DNA of 64,000 bases, from contig JAHLWZ010000825.1 in the NCBI GenBank assembly GCA_020536535.1, positions 37,461-101,460 of the forward strand, read 5' to 3'. Shown in pieces: positions 1 through 11,642 of the stretch; the first letter of the stretch is position 1; every line of letters starts with the position of its first letter. Made by a program: the position numbers and the translations under genes. Under the pieces are notes generated by a model. That model did not search any database and had not been told where the DNA came from. It saw nothing but the letters and a program-made list of their open reading frames with translations. The stretch is from Pelomyxa schiedti (lineage: Eukaryota; Protista; Evosea).

Positions 1-670
1 ACCACGGGGGAAAAAACCGTTAATCAGAACCTGAGTGCTCGGCCTTGGTTCCCCCCACAAGTGGTAAATACAAATGCCCTCTTGCCCCTCACGGAGTCAG
101 GCTGAATTGCCGCCATCCACTCCCTCAGTGGGGGAGGTTCCTTGTATCCCCAAGTCAGACCACCAAACCCAATAGCATGGGCATCCGCAAGTGCGGCCTT
201 TGCTGCGGGATTACTTACGTCCATTGCATCTGCACTTATGGGCCTTGCGCCACCTGTCCCAATTAGGGTTTTTTGTTTGTGAGTACGGGGTGGGGTGACT
301 CCACAGAGTCAAAGGAGTGAAACTCACCTTCTGGGGCAGACGGGGAAGTGACCGCTGTGGAGCCAGCCTCATTAAGCTCCTGGGCGATTCTCTTGGCCAC
401 GTAGGCAGTGTTGCCTGTCAGTGAGTAATAAAACACAACCACACGAAGTACAGAGGAAGGCGACGACGAGGTTGTGACCGTGGCAGTGCTTGCTGCTGCT
501 GTTGTCGATGCAGAAGTAGATGTAGCTGTAGCTGTAGATGTTGATGTTGATGGTACAGCTGATGCTGGGGTCGAGATTTCCGAAGTGGGGGTGGTGGCAA
601 CAGTTGCCGCTGCCGTTTCGGTCGCGGGTGCCGCGGCGGCGGTCTCCTGTTGTGACGGTTGGTCTGTCAT
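1..670 (-). CDS. Flavodoxin-domain protein with Ser/Thr/Ala-rich N-terminal extension; 3' part runs off the window
   Basis: ATG at 670. FMN phosphate-binding loop VVVFYYSLTGNTAYVAKRI. After a GTGAGT...CAG intron (~254-328) it continues IGFGGLTWGYKEPPPLREWM...GKRAFVFTTCGG, a typical flavodoxin core. A further donor lies near position 30. Confidence 0.8.
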
Positions 671-852
671 TACGAACCCCTCAGGTAATTATCACTTCTG
701 TTCTGGGAATGCGGGCAAATTTGACGGTAGTGTAGTTCCATGAATAAAAAGGTCGTGCCATAAAGGACGTGTGACATTGTACAGGCATAATTATGACGAA
801 CAAAAGAAGAGTCATGGGGGTTAGTGGGGTTTTTTTTACAATTGCAAAGTTG

Positions 853-1635
853 TCAGCTGTTATTCGAAGCTGGAGGTTGTACAACTTTGTTAAAGTTGGT
901 TGATAGGGTGGCTATTGCATCACGGAGTGCCTCCACAGGTGCCATGGGCCTCACAATTGTTGATGTAACTATAACACCCAAGCTGAACACTGTGGGAATC
1001 TAGACAATAGTTTAGCACACAGTTAGCTGGTGGTATTGGGAATCCCAAACACATACAAAACAGTCCCCAACTGTGGCTATTACCAGAGCTGACATAGCAA
1101 CATTTTCCCCCAGCCCAGTGCGCTTTGCAACCTCGTAAGCCACAAACGGCAGAGCATTCGCGATTTTCATGACGGACACAAGTGCGGATTTGACATTTTG
1201 TGCAGACTCGGGGCTGAGGTGAGTATGCAAGGAAGGTGCTGCCACGCCTGAAGTAGGATTCGATGGTGGTTTGATGCTGCCCACATAGTTCATCAAGGCC
1301 TCTTTTATCTTTGTCTTGGCCTCACTTGCTTTGGCTATGAAGCCATGTAGTTTGTTGCTGTCAACAGGCATAGCAGTTCGTGCGATTTTCTGCTCCTGAG
1401 CCAGCTCGTCCAAGGCGCTGGCAATTCGAGAAATTTCTTCCTTTCAAAGAAAGTAAATGAACGAGGAAATAGGGGGGATGGAGTGGCAAGGAATCTAGCC
1501 CACAATGGAGAGCTGCCCTGTGGTAAAGTCGTTGACTGCAGCGGCGAGAACGTCACAGTACTCGTAAAGCACCTCGGGGTCATCACATGTTTGCCCGGTG
1601 ATGTCAAACGGAGACTGTAGCAGAGGCAAGTCCAT
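853..1635 (-). CDS. Hypothetical helical protein (about 3 exons) with hydrophobic C-terminal segment
   Basis: MDLPLLQSPF...GQLSI, GT..AG intron ~1442-1503, EEISRIASALDELAQ...ALVIAT, intron, IPTVFSLGVIV...PASNNS* (TGA 853-855). No family recognised. Confidence 0.55.
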
Positions 1636-1851
1636 CACTGTGATCACAGTCTGACCTACAACAGATATCTCTACCTCATCCTCTGGGTAGTTGTCCTTTT
1701 CGGTTCCTCCACGCGCAAAAAAGTCCTTACGACTAACGTTTCGAACTGGTGGTGTTCTCAGATCTGATCGACGATTTCCTTCTCCTTTTAACACCACAGA
1801 AAAGAAAGAAGAAAAAAAAGCAGATATTTCGTAATAACAAAGACACCCACG

Positions 1852-4778
1852 ATGACAGCCCTCTTCTCGTTCGGTGCGTCTGCAAATACCACAACACCAT
1901 CGCTGTTCGGCGCCGCAACGCCGGCGGCCACGCCCTCGCTCTTCGGCACGCCGGCAGCCACGCCGTCCCTCTTCGGCACGCCCTCCACGACCCCCTCCGC
2001 CACGCCCTCGCTCTTCGGCACCGCCGCCACGGCCACCCCGGCCGCGACGCCCTCCCTGTTCGGCGCCCCGCCCTCCGCCGCGGCGCCCACCGCCACGGGC
2101 CTTGTCTTTGGCGCCGCGAGCGGCACCCCCGGCGCCACCACCCCCTCGCTCTTCGGGACCCCCGGGGCCAGCACCCCGTCGCTGTTCGGCACGCCGGGGG
2201 CCACGGCTGCGGCGACTTCCACGCCGTCGCTGTTCGGCACGCCGGGGAACCCTACAGCCACGCCGTCGCTTTTTGGGACGCCTGGAGCCACGGCCACTCC
2301 CACGCCGACGCTTTTCGGAACGCCGACGGCGGCGGCGACCATGACGCCCGCGAATCCATTCTCGTTTGGGAATCCTGTAACTTCCACGCCTTCCACAATT
2401 GGAATTGGGATTGGGACTGGGGCTACAGGGTATACTTTGGCAGGGCCACTGCCGCCATTTCAATTCAAGCCGTTCGTTGATCGATCTAATAACGAGGAAT
2501 TTTCTCATCAGTCCATCACTGCTTCCCCTGATGTGGCAAAGTGGTCGTTTGAGGAATTACGCTGGGACTATACACTAAAACGAGGGTTTGTTCTCTTTGT
2601 TCTCCTTTCTTCTTATCCTATTTCAAACTAACAGCATGTGTTAGTTCAGGTGCTTCTGTTACAACTCCCACCCCATCCAGTAGTCTTTTCCCAACAGCTA
2701 CAACTACCCTCTTTCCACCTTCCTCTACAACTCCAGCAGCCACCCCGGCGTTTGGCTTTGGCACAACAGCTGCCACTCCATCACTCTTTAATCCAACACC
2801 AACTCCCTCTACAGGGGCAACCCCAACACCAAATCTGTTTGGGCTACCCGCATCAACTACACCTGCCACACCCAATCTGTTTTCAATGACGCCGAGCACT
2901 CCTGCAACTTCTACTCCCACACCGAATTTGTTTGGGATTCCCGCAACCACACCAGGGGCAACTACAACTACACCAAGTCTGTTTAATATTTCAACTCCTA
3001 CAACTACACCTACTACACCAAGCTTGTTTGGACCCCCTGCGGCTGCACCTACTTCTACAACGCCAAGCCTCTTTGCTCCAAGCTCTTCAACACCTTCACT
3101 ATTTGGCATGCCACCTTCAACACCCTCACTCTTTCCATCAACGCCAACATCAACACCAGCAACATCAACACCAGCAACCTCAATCTTCTCCCCTATCCCT
3201 GCAGCATCAACCTCGCTCTTCCCCTCGACTCCTTCAAATCCAACAACTTCTTTGTTCGCGCCGACCCCAGCAACACCATCATCCTCTCTTTTCCCGCCAG
3301 CAACTAATTCTTTATTCTCACCAACTCCAAACTCACTCTTCTCATCCACAACGCTCCCGAAGCCCAACAATCCCCCCAGTATTTTTACCCCAGCAGCAAC
3401 TCCTGCTACTTCAAGTAGGTTTCCTTAATTACTTGACTCTTTAACATGCTTACAGATCTTTTTCCATCTTTTGGTGGACAATCTTCGATTCCCGGATCAC
3501 CTGCCACTCCTACAACAATAGCCCCAAGCACATCAGTGTCAAGCTACGGAAATGTCCCCAGTTTCAGTGACCTCAAAGGCAAACACTCGAATCCCCTCCC
3601 TACACTGCCTTCACCCCTCAGTCCAAACTCCCCCCAAGGTGTGTTTCTTTCTGTTGACTAACTTTTCTTTCTTACTTTGTTTAGACCAGCACACCATTTC
3701 CAGAGGTATCTCTATTTCCACCAGTCTTCTGGTGAACCCTCGAGCCAGGTCCCCAGTGCTCCCTGCCGCACTCAATTCGACTAACTCACGTGTGTCAATT
3801 GACAAGGGTTCTCCAAACCGTAAAGTTCAGGCATCAGTAAGGCTTGAGGGGATGGTGGATAACATGTCAACACTCCGGGATAAATCCGATTCCCCGGCCT
3901 CCTCATATTCCTCCTCAGTAATTAGACCCCGCCAAGTGAATGCCTTGCTATCTGAGTCCCCAGGAGGCGAGACCAACCGGAAGCAGTTCCACCGCTCCGT
4001 CCCGCTGTCGTCTCCAGGGTTGCCCGCCAGCAACGCCGTAAACCTCTCATTGTCCAATGCCAGCAGCGAGGACGAAGACCCAGAACAAAACGAAAGCATG
4101 GAGTACAACCACCACCAACCCACAACCACGCCACAGCGCTCCCCAAACCCCTCTCCCTCTTCAGGTTCATCATACTCTTCTCCATCCTCCGCGTCACCCT
4201 CATCCTCATCAACAACATCATCAGCATCAACAGCATCCCCATCCTTCATCATACCCAAGTGCGTGGACAACTTCCCGAGGGGGCCCACCAACCCCAAGCT
4301 GACATTCCACGACCCGCAGTACTACACCTACCCGCCCCTCCGCGCCCTGCAGGCCATGACGCCGGAGCAGCTCGGCTCGGTCGTCGACCTGACCATCGGG
4401 TGCGAGGACGTCGGGGAGGTGTTCTTCCCGGGGCCCACGGACCTGAGGGGCGTGGACCTGCGCGAGTCCGTAGAGTTCACGCCGCGCCACATCACGCTGT
4501 TCCCCAACAACGTGAAGAAGCCACCCGTGGGCACCGGGCTCAACAGGCCCGCGAGGCTCACGCTGCACAACTGCAAGCCGAGGAACGCGAGCCAGCAGGG
4601 CAAGTACGCTGAGAAGCTGAAGCAGGTGACGGCTCAGTTTGGCGGCAGGCTGGTTTCATACGACCCAGACACGGGCAAGTGGGTCTTTGAGGTGGACAAC
4701 TTCTCGGTGCAGCCAGGTTCCATCCCCCAAACCCCACCTTCCAAAGAGACAACCAACAACACCCAACGTCGTCTTTGA
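1852..4778 (+). CDS. NUP98: Nup98-family FG nucleoporin (PSLFG repeats, GLEBS motif, C-terminal autopeptidase-like domain), no Nup96 moiety
   Basis: Many TPSLFG repeats. GLEBS-like HQSITASPDVAKWSFEELRWDY. Nucleoporin2-type domain YYTYPPL...GEVFFPGPTDL...KPPVGTGLNRPARLTL...YDPDTGKWVFEVDNFS. Introns at about 2586-2634, 3415-3455 and 3639-3684. Confidence 0.9.
1890..3400 (+). repeat. Coding imperfect tandem repeats (TPSLFG / SLF units)
   Basis: Recurrent acgccgtcgctgttcggc-type units in exon 1 and acaccaagtctgttt-type units in exon 2. Confidence 0.85.
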
Positions 4779-4877
4779 AAATACCACCGCATACACCCAA
4801 AAAACGCAACAAAAAAAAAAAAAAGAAATCTTTGAGTTCCACGTTCTTGTTTCAACTACAATTAATTTCGATCAGCA

Positions 4878-6117
4878 ATGACGGACCTCCACAAGTGCAA
4901 CAAGTGCGGGGCCAATGCGTCGAGCCGGTGCTCCAAGTGCCGCGAGGTGTGGTACTGCACGCGGGAGCACCAGGTCTCGGACTGGCCCGCGCACAAGGCC
5001 CAGTGCGCCAAGTCGCGGCAGCAACAGCAGCAGCCCCAAGTCGCCGCGAGCAACCTCCCCGACCCACACGGCCCGAGTTCCCCCTCGCAACCTGCGACTA
5101 CGACGAGCGCGACGCAGGAAACGGCAGCAGCCAAGGGGGAACCCACGGCAACGAGTGCCACTGCTACTACTAATACGGCGGCAGCGACGGTTTCATCGGC
5201 GGCGTCTTCTGCCTCTGCGGCTTCTGGGGCGTCGGCGACGGCGGAGCCGGCACATAAACACCCGACGCTCGAGGAACTTTGTGGAAAGGTAATAGCGTCG
5301 TTTGAGCAGGTGGACGAAAGTTTGCACGACACGTGCTTCGCGGCGGCCGAGTTTCCTGCCGATTCGCCTACGTTCAGCGTTACGGCTGTGAGAAATCCCC
5401 AGAGCGTTGGTGGAGGCGGTGCTCGGAAAAGGGACTTGAATGTTGTGCGGAACAAGGTGAAGTCTGCTGGTGATTGGGTGTCAACTCCGCCTGGAGGAGG
5501 AATGGTGCAGTCGGACGATGTTCTGAGAGCTTACTGGGTAATGAGAGCAAACAAAAACAGCACTGCTTTGTCTGTGGTGCTGCTTGAGACTGTACAGTTG
5601 CGTACTTACTTTCCCCTGTAATCGTTGCTTACACCCAGCCAGGAAAGTAGGAAAGGTGATTTACAAGGATATGGTTCTAAAATCGGAATGGTGCCACATG
5701 GTGAGACTGGGTGTCGAGCCACCTAAAATCGGTCACCTAGATATCTCTGGTGCCAAATCCACAATTCCAGCCAATACCAGCCGGGACTATCTTCACACCT
5801 GGGTCGAATTTGACATCCCCAGCAGCGCCATCAGCACAGCAACAACAACTGAAACCACATCGACCTCCACCGAATCCACTCCCAACAAAACCCCGGAGCC
5901 CCAGAGCATAGTTGTGGACCTGGCCCTTCCACAGTTCGACCTGTGGCCTGCCGGAATGTGCAACCCCATCGCAATTCTGCCTGCTGACAAGCACCTGGGC
6001 CTGTTCAAGCGGCACCGCGAGCTAAGCAAAAGAGAGGCCAAATTGTCCAGTGCTAGCTTCTCCTCGTGCGCCGACCAAGTCTCCCAGTGCTTGGGCTTGC
6101 TCTTCTCTCGCCACTGA
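4878..6117 (+). CDS. zf-MYND protein with a C-terminal domain of possible transglutaminase-like fold
   Basis: CNKC...RCSKCREVWYCTREHQVSDWPAHKAQC is a MYND finger. A 37-nt intron (5602-5638) joins the two ORFs in frame. The C-terminal part contains HTWVEF...IVVDLALPQFD. Confidence 0.8.
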
Positions 6118-6203
6118 ACTTCCAAATTTCTTTTGGAAAAATAGATTTCCTGTTTCTAATCATTCATTTAGAACCGACAATAAAAAAAAACCGAATAGCG
6201 AAC

Positions 6204-7670
6204 ATGCAGGATGACCTGCCGCTGAACCGTGACGATCTAATTGCGGCGATCGAGACGTGTGACTGCGAGATTGTATCATCTTTTGAGTTTTTTTTCCTAC
6301 CCTTCCCCATCAACCCTGAGTTCATTCAACTTGTTAAGCAAAGTGCTGGGGAGGCTGAGTGTCATTCGGAGGGAGTGTTGTTGTTGAAATTTAGTAGAGC
6401 ACGTGCGTCGGCGAGACTGGGAAGGTGGAATGATTGTGTGGCCGATTTTGCTGACTCTTGTATGCATACATATGTAACCTTGCTGAGTGAATTTCTGCAC
6501 CCTAACTCACAACTTGTGACATGCAACCCGTCAAGGCTTTGCAACATCTCCACTAAAGGCTGAGGCTGAGGCGTACACCAATGTAATTTCACTGGAAATG
6601 CAATCTGGGCACTCCATGCCTACGGATTGTTTGTGCTCCCACTGTCCTGTCTACTTCTCTCACTGTGTGTAGTTCACAATCTAAATGGTGAAATGAAGAA
6701 ACCTCGGATTTCTTATATCGCAGATATTGGTAATGCACGGCTCTTTCTTTTTAACTTCCACACTAATGGCTCAAAGAAAAGAGGGTAGGAAATGTGCTGT
6801 TTGGGCAAAAGTATTATGAATTATCTATTAAGTACTATAGTTATGCTCTCACTCTCGATCCATCGATGTCTACTGCGTTTTGTAATAGGTTTTGCATACC
6901 ATTCCTATTTTTTATTATTTAATTTGGTTAACTAAGAGCAGCAGCAACTGCCATTCTTTCTCAGTGTATGCCGCGTGGCTCCTTGCAACTGCTCAGTGCT
7001 TTCACTGGTGCCATACGAGACTGCACGAATGCGATAAGACTGGACAAGAACTATATTAAGGTTCTTCCTCCATTAAGAAAGTACCTCTGACCTCTCAAGG
7101 CATACATTCGTCGGGCCCAACTTTGGAGCAAACTGAAGATTTATAAATCATCTCATTTTGACTACAAGATTGCCATGAAGTTATCTACCAAAAGTAACCG
7201 CTTACCGGTTTTTACACATCTCAATATGCTTGTTTTCAATTTTCAGGTAACACTGTTGTACCCCAAGAAATAAAGCAGGAGTACCGACAGGCGCTCTTTC
7301 GCAACCAAGTTTGTCGAAGTTGGAATTACTTCTCATTGAAAATGCCATCAATGGAGCAAATGGAGAACCTCAGAACTAATGAGCAGTTTATTTCCTTTTT
7401 ATCACGGGGCACTGTCAAGTCACTGCTTAGGCTTCTCAAAAGAAATCCATGCTATATTCCTTTTCTTATGGAGGTATTCTTCGGACCATTCTTTCTTCTT
7501 TAGAACTCAACGGTGCCAAGAACTCCACAAATCGACGCACCTTGTGTCAGCTTATGTCATTCCTCAACCCCAACTTCACTCCAGAGCTGGAACTTGCTGA
7601 AGCCAGAGCAGCTGCTCTTTACAAGAAGAAAAGCTCATCTTATACTCCCACAACCACCAACAAATTCTGA
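6204..7670 (+). CDS. TPR-repeat protein (multi-exon)
   Basis: TPR-like segments: YELSIKYYSYALTLDPSMSTAFCNR, AIRDCTNAIRLDKNYIK|AYIRRAQLWSKLKIYKSSHFDYKIAMKL, and FSRARASARLGRWNDCVADF. Confidence 0.75.
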
Positions 7671-7793
7671 ATTTCCAACAACAATTCGGACAAACAACGA
7701 ACCCCCCCCCCCAACACCCAGCCAGCCCAAACAACAAACAGCAAGCACATCTCTTAATCAAAGCAACGATTTCTGTCCCATTTTTCTAGAAAA

Positions 7794-8431
7794 ATGAAAG
7801 AGGAGACACCAAAGTGCCGCGCGGGGAAACGTGGGTGGTTCGGCCGAGTGTTGTTCATACTGCTTCTTCTTCTGGCCGTCAACTCCACAAGGTTCTTCAT
7901 AGGCACCTTGGGAGTGGGCGTGCGCGGCTGGCTGTCCATGAACAGCTGCGCCCCGTCGATATTCACGTACCTTGTGGGGTGCGCTTTGTGCCGCTGCGGG
8001 GGAACGCACGCAGTTGGACAGGCAGTGATGGTGGCCGGGGCCGTCAACATGGCGAGGTACGGAACCATGGGCCTGTTTGTCTTCTCGTGGAGCGGAATCA
8101 CCGGCCTGATAGTGCAGAGCTCCCACCTAACGATGACAGTGGCTGTGCTTAGAGTCCTGTGTCACGTGTTTCTGTTCAAAAGTGAGTGCGGGTTGCGGCC
8201 GCATCAGGCTGTGTTTCCATTCCCATTTCATTCCCTCGTGCCCCTCTCTTCTCAAATTCCTTTCAATTAGAAATCAAAGTGCATACAGCAGCAGCAGGAT
8301 TGGCCTTGGGGTTCCTGATTCTAGCAGCTCTGACAGCCAATCAGTGGCAGTGGTTTGCAGCACACCCAGGAGTGTTAGATCGCCTTTTCTCTGGGGACTT
8401 GGATCCCTCCATCATGGGGGAACAGACCTGA
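7794..8431 (+). CDS. Small multi-pass membrane protein, unknown function (2 exons)
   Basis: Several hydrophobic helices (VLFILLLLLAVNSTRFFIG; WLSMNSCAPSIFTYLVG; RYGTMGLFVFSW; AAAGLALGFLILAAL). Intron GTGAGT (~8182) to TTAG (8270). Confidence 0.7.
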
Positions 8432-8470
8432 TGGAGAAAGGAAAAAAAAAAACAAAAATTGTTCCTTCTT

Positions 8471-9616
8471 TTAAACATGTGCACACTTCTTTAGAACAAC
8501 AGATGGTCCTGTCTCATTGTACTCTTCCTTACTGACCCACATACTTTGGAAGGTAGACAAGGATGCTAGAATGGATCCGCCAATCCACGTGGATATCTTC
8601 CTGTCCTCAGGGGCAATAACCTTAACCATCATGGAAGTGGGCACTAGGGTGTGCAATTCCTTCTGCAGTCGCTCCGAGTAACCAGTAATATTGGTTGCAC
8701 CTCCCGAGAGAACGATATTCCGAGACAGGTCTTTGCGGATATCTACATCAGACTTCGTGATAGAGGAATAAATCAATTCGTGAACTCCTGGAAGAGCTAA
8801 CCCAAGTAGCGATGGCCTGAATATTGGTTCGGTACACTGGAATCGCTCTCTTCCCAGTGTTACAGTCTGCCCATCAGGAAGAACATAAGACTTATCAGTG
8901 GCACTCTCTGTGTCATAATCTAGGCTGATATAGGCCAGGTTCTCTTTAACCAGACGAGCGGATTCACGGCAAGTGGAAGAGGGAAATCTGTAACCATTCT
9001 GTGACATAAGGGATATCAAGTAGTCTGTAATATCACGGCCTGCAATATCCTCCCGGAGAATGGCATGACTAGAGTTGTAACCCTCATATACAGGTGTTGT
9101 AAAAGTAACACCCTCTCCACATTCACAGACTAGGCCTGTTGTCCTGCCTGACGCATATAAGGAGAGAACAGACTGCAACTGCACGAAACAGGAATCGAAT
9201 GCGAGCTTCTCAAAGGTCAACTGTACCATCTTCTCTCTGTTTGATTTGGGATTGAAAGGAGGCTCCGTAAACAGTATCTTCTTCTCTGTGGGCATAGAGG
9301 ATTTGAGAACATGTCGCACAACTTTTTCAGCATCGCTCCAGTCAGCAACCAAACCGCGTTCAACGGGGAATCGCCACGCCACACTGTCCATCCTATCAAT
9401 AGCCTCCTTCCCCACTTTATGGTGTTAAATTAGCAAAGAGCATGACTTTAAGGCAAGTGGCTATATACCATAGAACTCCTCTGACGCCGATGAGCCGTAA
9501 GATGAAGATCTAGGCAGCCCAACAACCGTAGGAAACGAACTAGGCACGTCATTTCCTGCGAAACCGAACCTTGTGTTCGCAGATCCCAAGTCAATAACCA
9601 CCCCACACTCCGACAT
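8471..9616 (-). CDS. Divergent actin / actin-like protein (2 exons)
   Basis: Exon 1 MSECGVVIDLGSANTRFGFAGND...FPTVVG; intron ~9415-9468; then LFTEPPFNPKSNREKM, LSLYASGRTTG, LPDGQ...GRERF, NIVLSGG, WIGGSILASLSTFQSMWVSKEEY. Confidence 0.95.
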
Positions 9617-9870
9617 TTTTTTTTGTTTACTGGTCCGTTGGATCTCGACCAGGCGAAGTTGAGTTACTCCGAAAAAGAAGAAAAATTAAAAAACTCCCGA
9701 ATATCAGAAGCTCTTTCTTGGTTCTTCTCATCGTGGCTTTGCCCTCAATGGTGTCCTAAGAAGTTCTTCATCATTTCGTTTGTTTGGTTGTTTGCCGTGC
9801 CACACGCCATTCTTTGTTTTCAGAAACCTTCCTCATAACAAAATTGTGGGTCCACAACAGGTAAAATTTT

Positions 9871-11133
9871 CTAGCGAAATGATTTGGATTGTTGGAGGCA
9901 CTGTTGGTCTTGTTGTATGGGCAGAGAGAGAAGCAATAATTCTCTCTCGGGATATGCGTCGGCATAAACCCTGAAGGGTTTCTGAACGCAGTAGGGTGGC
10001 AACATAATATTCACTTGTCTAAATGATCCCATTTCAGACCACACAAGTTCAGAGTTGTTCTGTTGTAACAGTGATGAAAATCAAATCAGTACTGATTTTG
10101 GCTCAACCTACCTGCAACTGGTGATTGTTGGTTGCGAGAAGCCATCTCGCCCCAGAGTCTCCAGCATTTATGAGGGCAGATTGGACTCCTGCCGTCGGCA
10201 AGTGGAACAGTGTATCACGCATCATAACAACATCCACTGGAGGCAGTATGTCAAGGGTGTTCCTGGTGAAGTCCAAGAATGCAAAGTGCCAGTTGGAGTG
10301 GTTTGAGAAAGTTCGTCGGTGGTCCTCAATGAGACCACGGACGGCATCAGATCCAAAATACTCAATGGCTATTCCATGTTTCTCTTGCATTAGATTAAGA
10401 AAAGTTGGCATCCAAAACATGGATCCACAGGATGCATCCCACAGGCGCCTCATTCCAGCGTGCAGCATTAGGTCCTCCAGGGCCGTCATTGTAAAGATTG
10501 CTCTCTTTTATTCAAGGTTATATTCAGGGGAAAAAACCTCCCCAGATACTTCCAAAATAGACCCAGGCCCAGAACCTCCTCCTTGTGTAGTCCATTCTCT
10601 TTTTGCATAGATTCCATCAAAGTACTGTAAATCGATGCTTATTATGTTGAGTGCATGTATTTCAGTGGTATTTATTAATCATGGCGCGGTATATTTATGC
10701 AAAAGGAATATTATGTAGCTATCAAACCAACCTCTGTTAAAGCATTTGGTGTGGATTCCACTAAAATGGCTGTAAGCAAAAAATGGGAGAACCAGTTCCG
10801 AAACATACTTACACAACCAAGTTCGGGCCAAATAGAACCCTCCACGCATTTTTCGCATAGTCTACATCCAGTGCACACGGCACAGGTATTTCTGCACGAA
10901 TTACCTGCAAGTCACAGTGACCAACGGAAAATAACATGTCGTGATGTACCCTGTTCCAATTGACCCGTGTAATGAGAACGCAGTGCGAACAACGAGAGCA
11001 CCTTTGAGGCAAAGAAAACAAGTTAGAGAGCCTTCACACTAACACAAGTGAATGTCAACGATGTCGTTGGCACCTGAAACCACAAGAAAAGAACCCCAAC
11101 ACAGCCCATCAATATCATCCACTGCGCTTTCAT
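9871..11133 (-). CDS. Class I SAM-dependent methyltransferase with N-terminal signal-anchor (multi-exon)
   Basis: N-terminus MKAQWMILMGCVGVLFLWFQV. Motifs YFDGIYAKREW...GSGPGS, LWDASCGSMFWM (motif I), IEYFGSDAV, DVVMMRDTLFHLP, GSFRQVNIMLPPY. Stop TAG at 9871-9873. Confidence 0.75.
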
Positions 11134-11642
11134 CGGACAAAAAAAAACGAAAACAAAAAAGTCAAAGAGTGATCGACTATGATTGACAAAACAAATCATT
11201 AATTGACTACTATTCTAAGCGTCGCTCGATCCAAAGTAGTAGCCGTCAATAACAGCCCCCCTCTGAAGATTCGCGTCTGTCCTCAGACGTGCATCAGAGT
11301 CCACCATTGCAGGATGTGACCAGTTTGCTACCATGAATCCACTCGGTTCCACCAGAGTATCCCCGGAACTTGACTTGGCAGATGTTACCTTCGCAGGTAG
11401 TCTTGTGCCCAAGTATAGTTTCTACCTTTGGGTGAAATCACCACTCAGCGACAACACAACTCAAAGGTAGCAACTTGAGTTCTGACTCTCCCAGGATGGG
11501 ATCGCATCCTGTTCCCAAGTCCTGACTTCCTCATCATAACAGTGAATAACGGATGAAAAAAATTGAAGATCTTATTTCCTTTAAAATAAAAAAAAACAGA
11601 GACAAGGAAGAAGAGGCCTGTTGCCGCCCCACACGTACGCAC

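Noticed and set aside
1890-2380. Regular repeats that could be mistaken for a CRISPR array
   Set aside because: Imperfect, in-frame FG-nucleoporin coding repeats in a eukaryotic gene; no cas genes.
1495-3370. Long antisense and alternative-frame ORFs (Arg/Gly-rich 337 aa, 202 aa, 250 aa) over Nup98
   Set aside because: Shadow ORFs produced by GC-rich, stop-poor repeat coding. Only the last ~45 codons of ORF 1495-2508 appear to belong to a real gene.
11215-11540. Short minus-strand ORFs between the methyltransferase and Ras genes
   Set aside because: No convincing spliced model or motif could be built; left unannotated.
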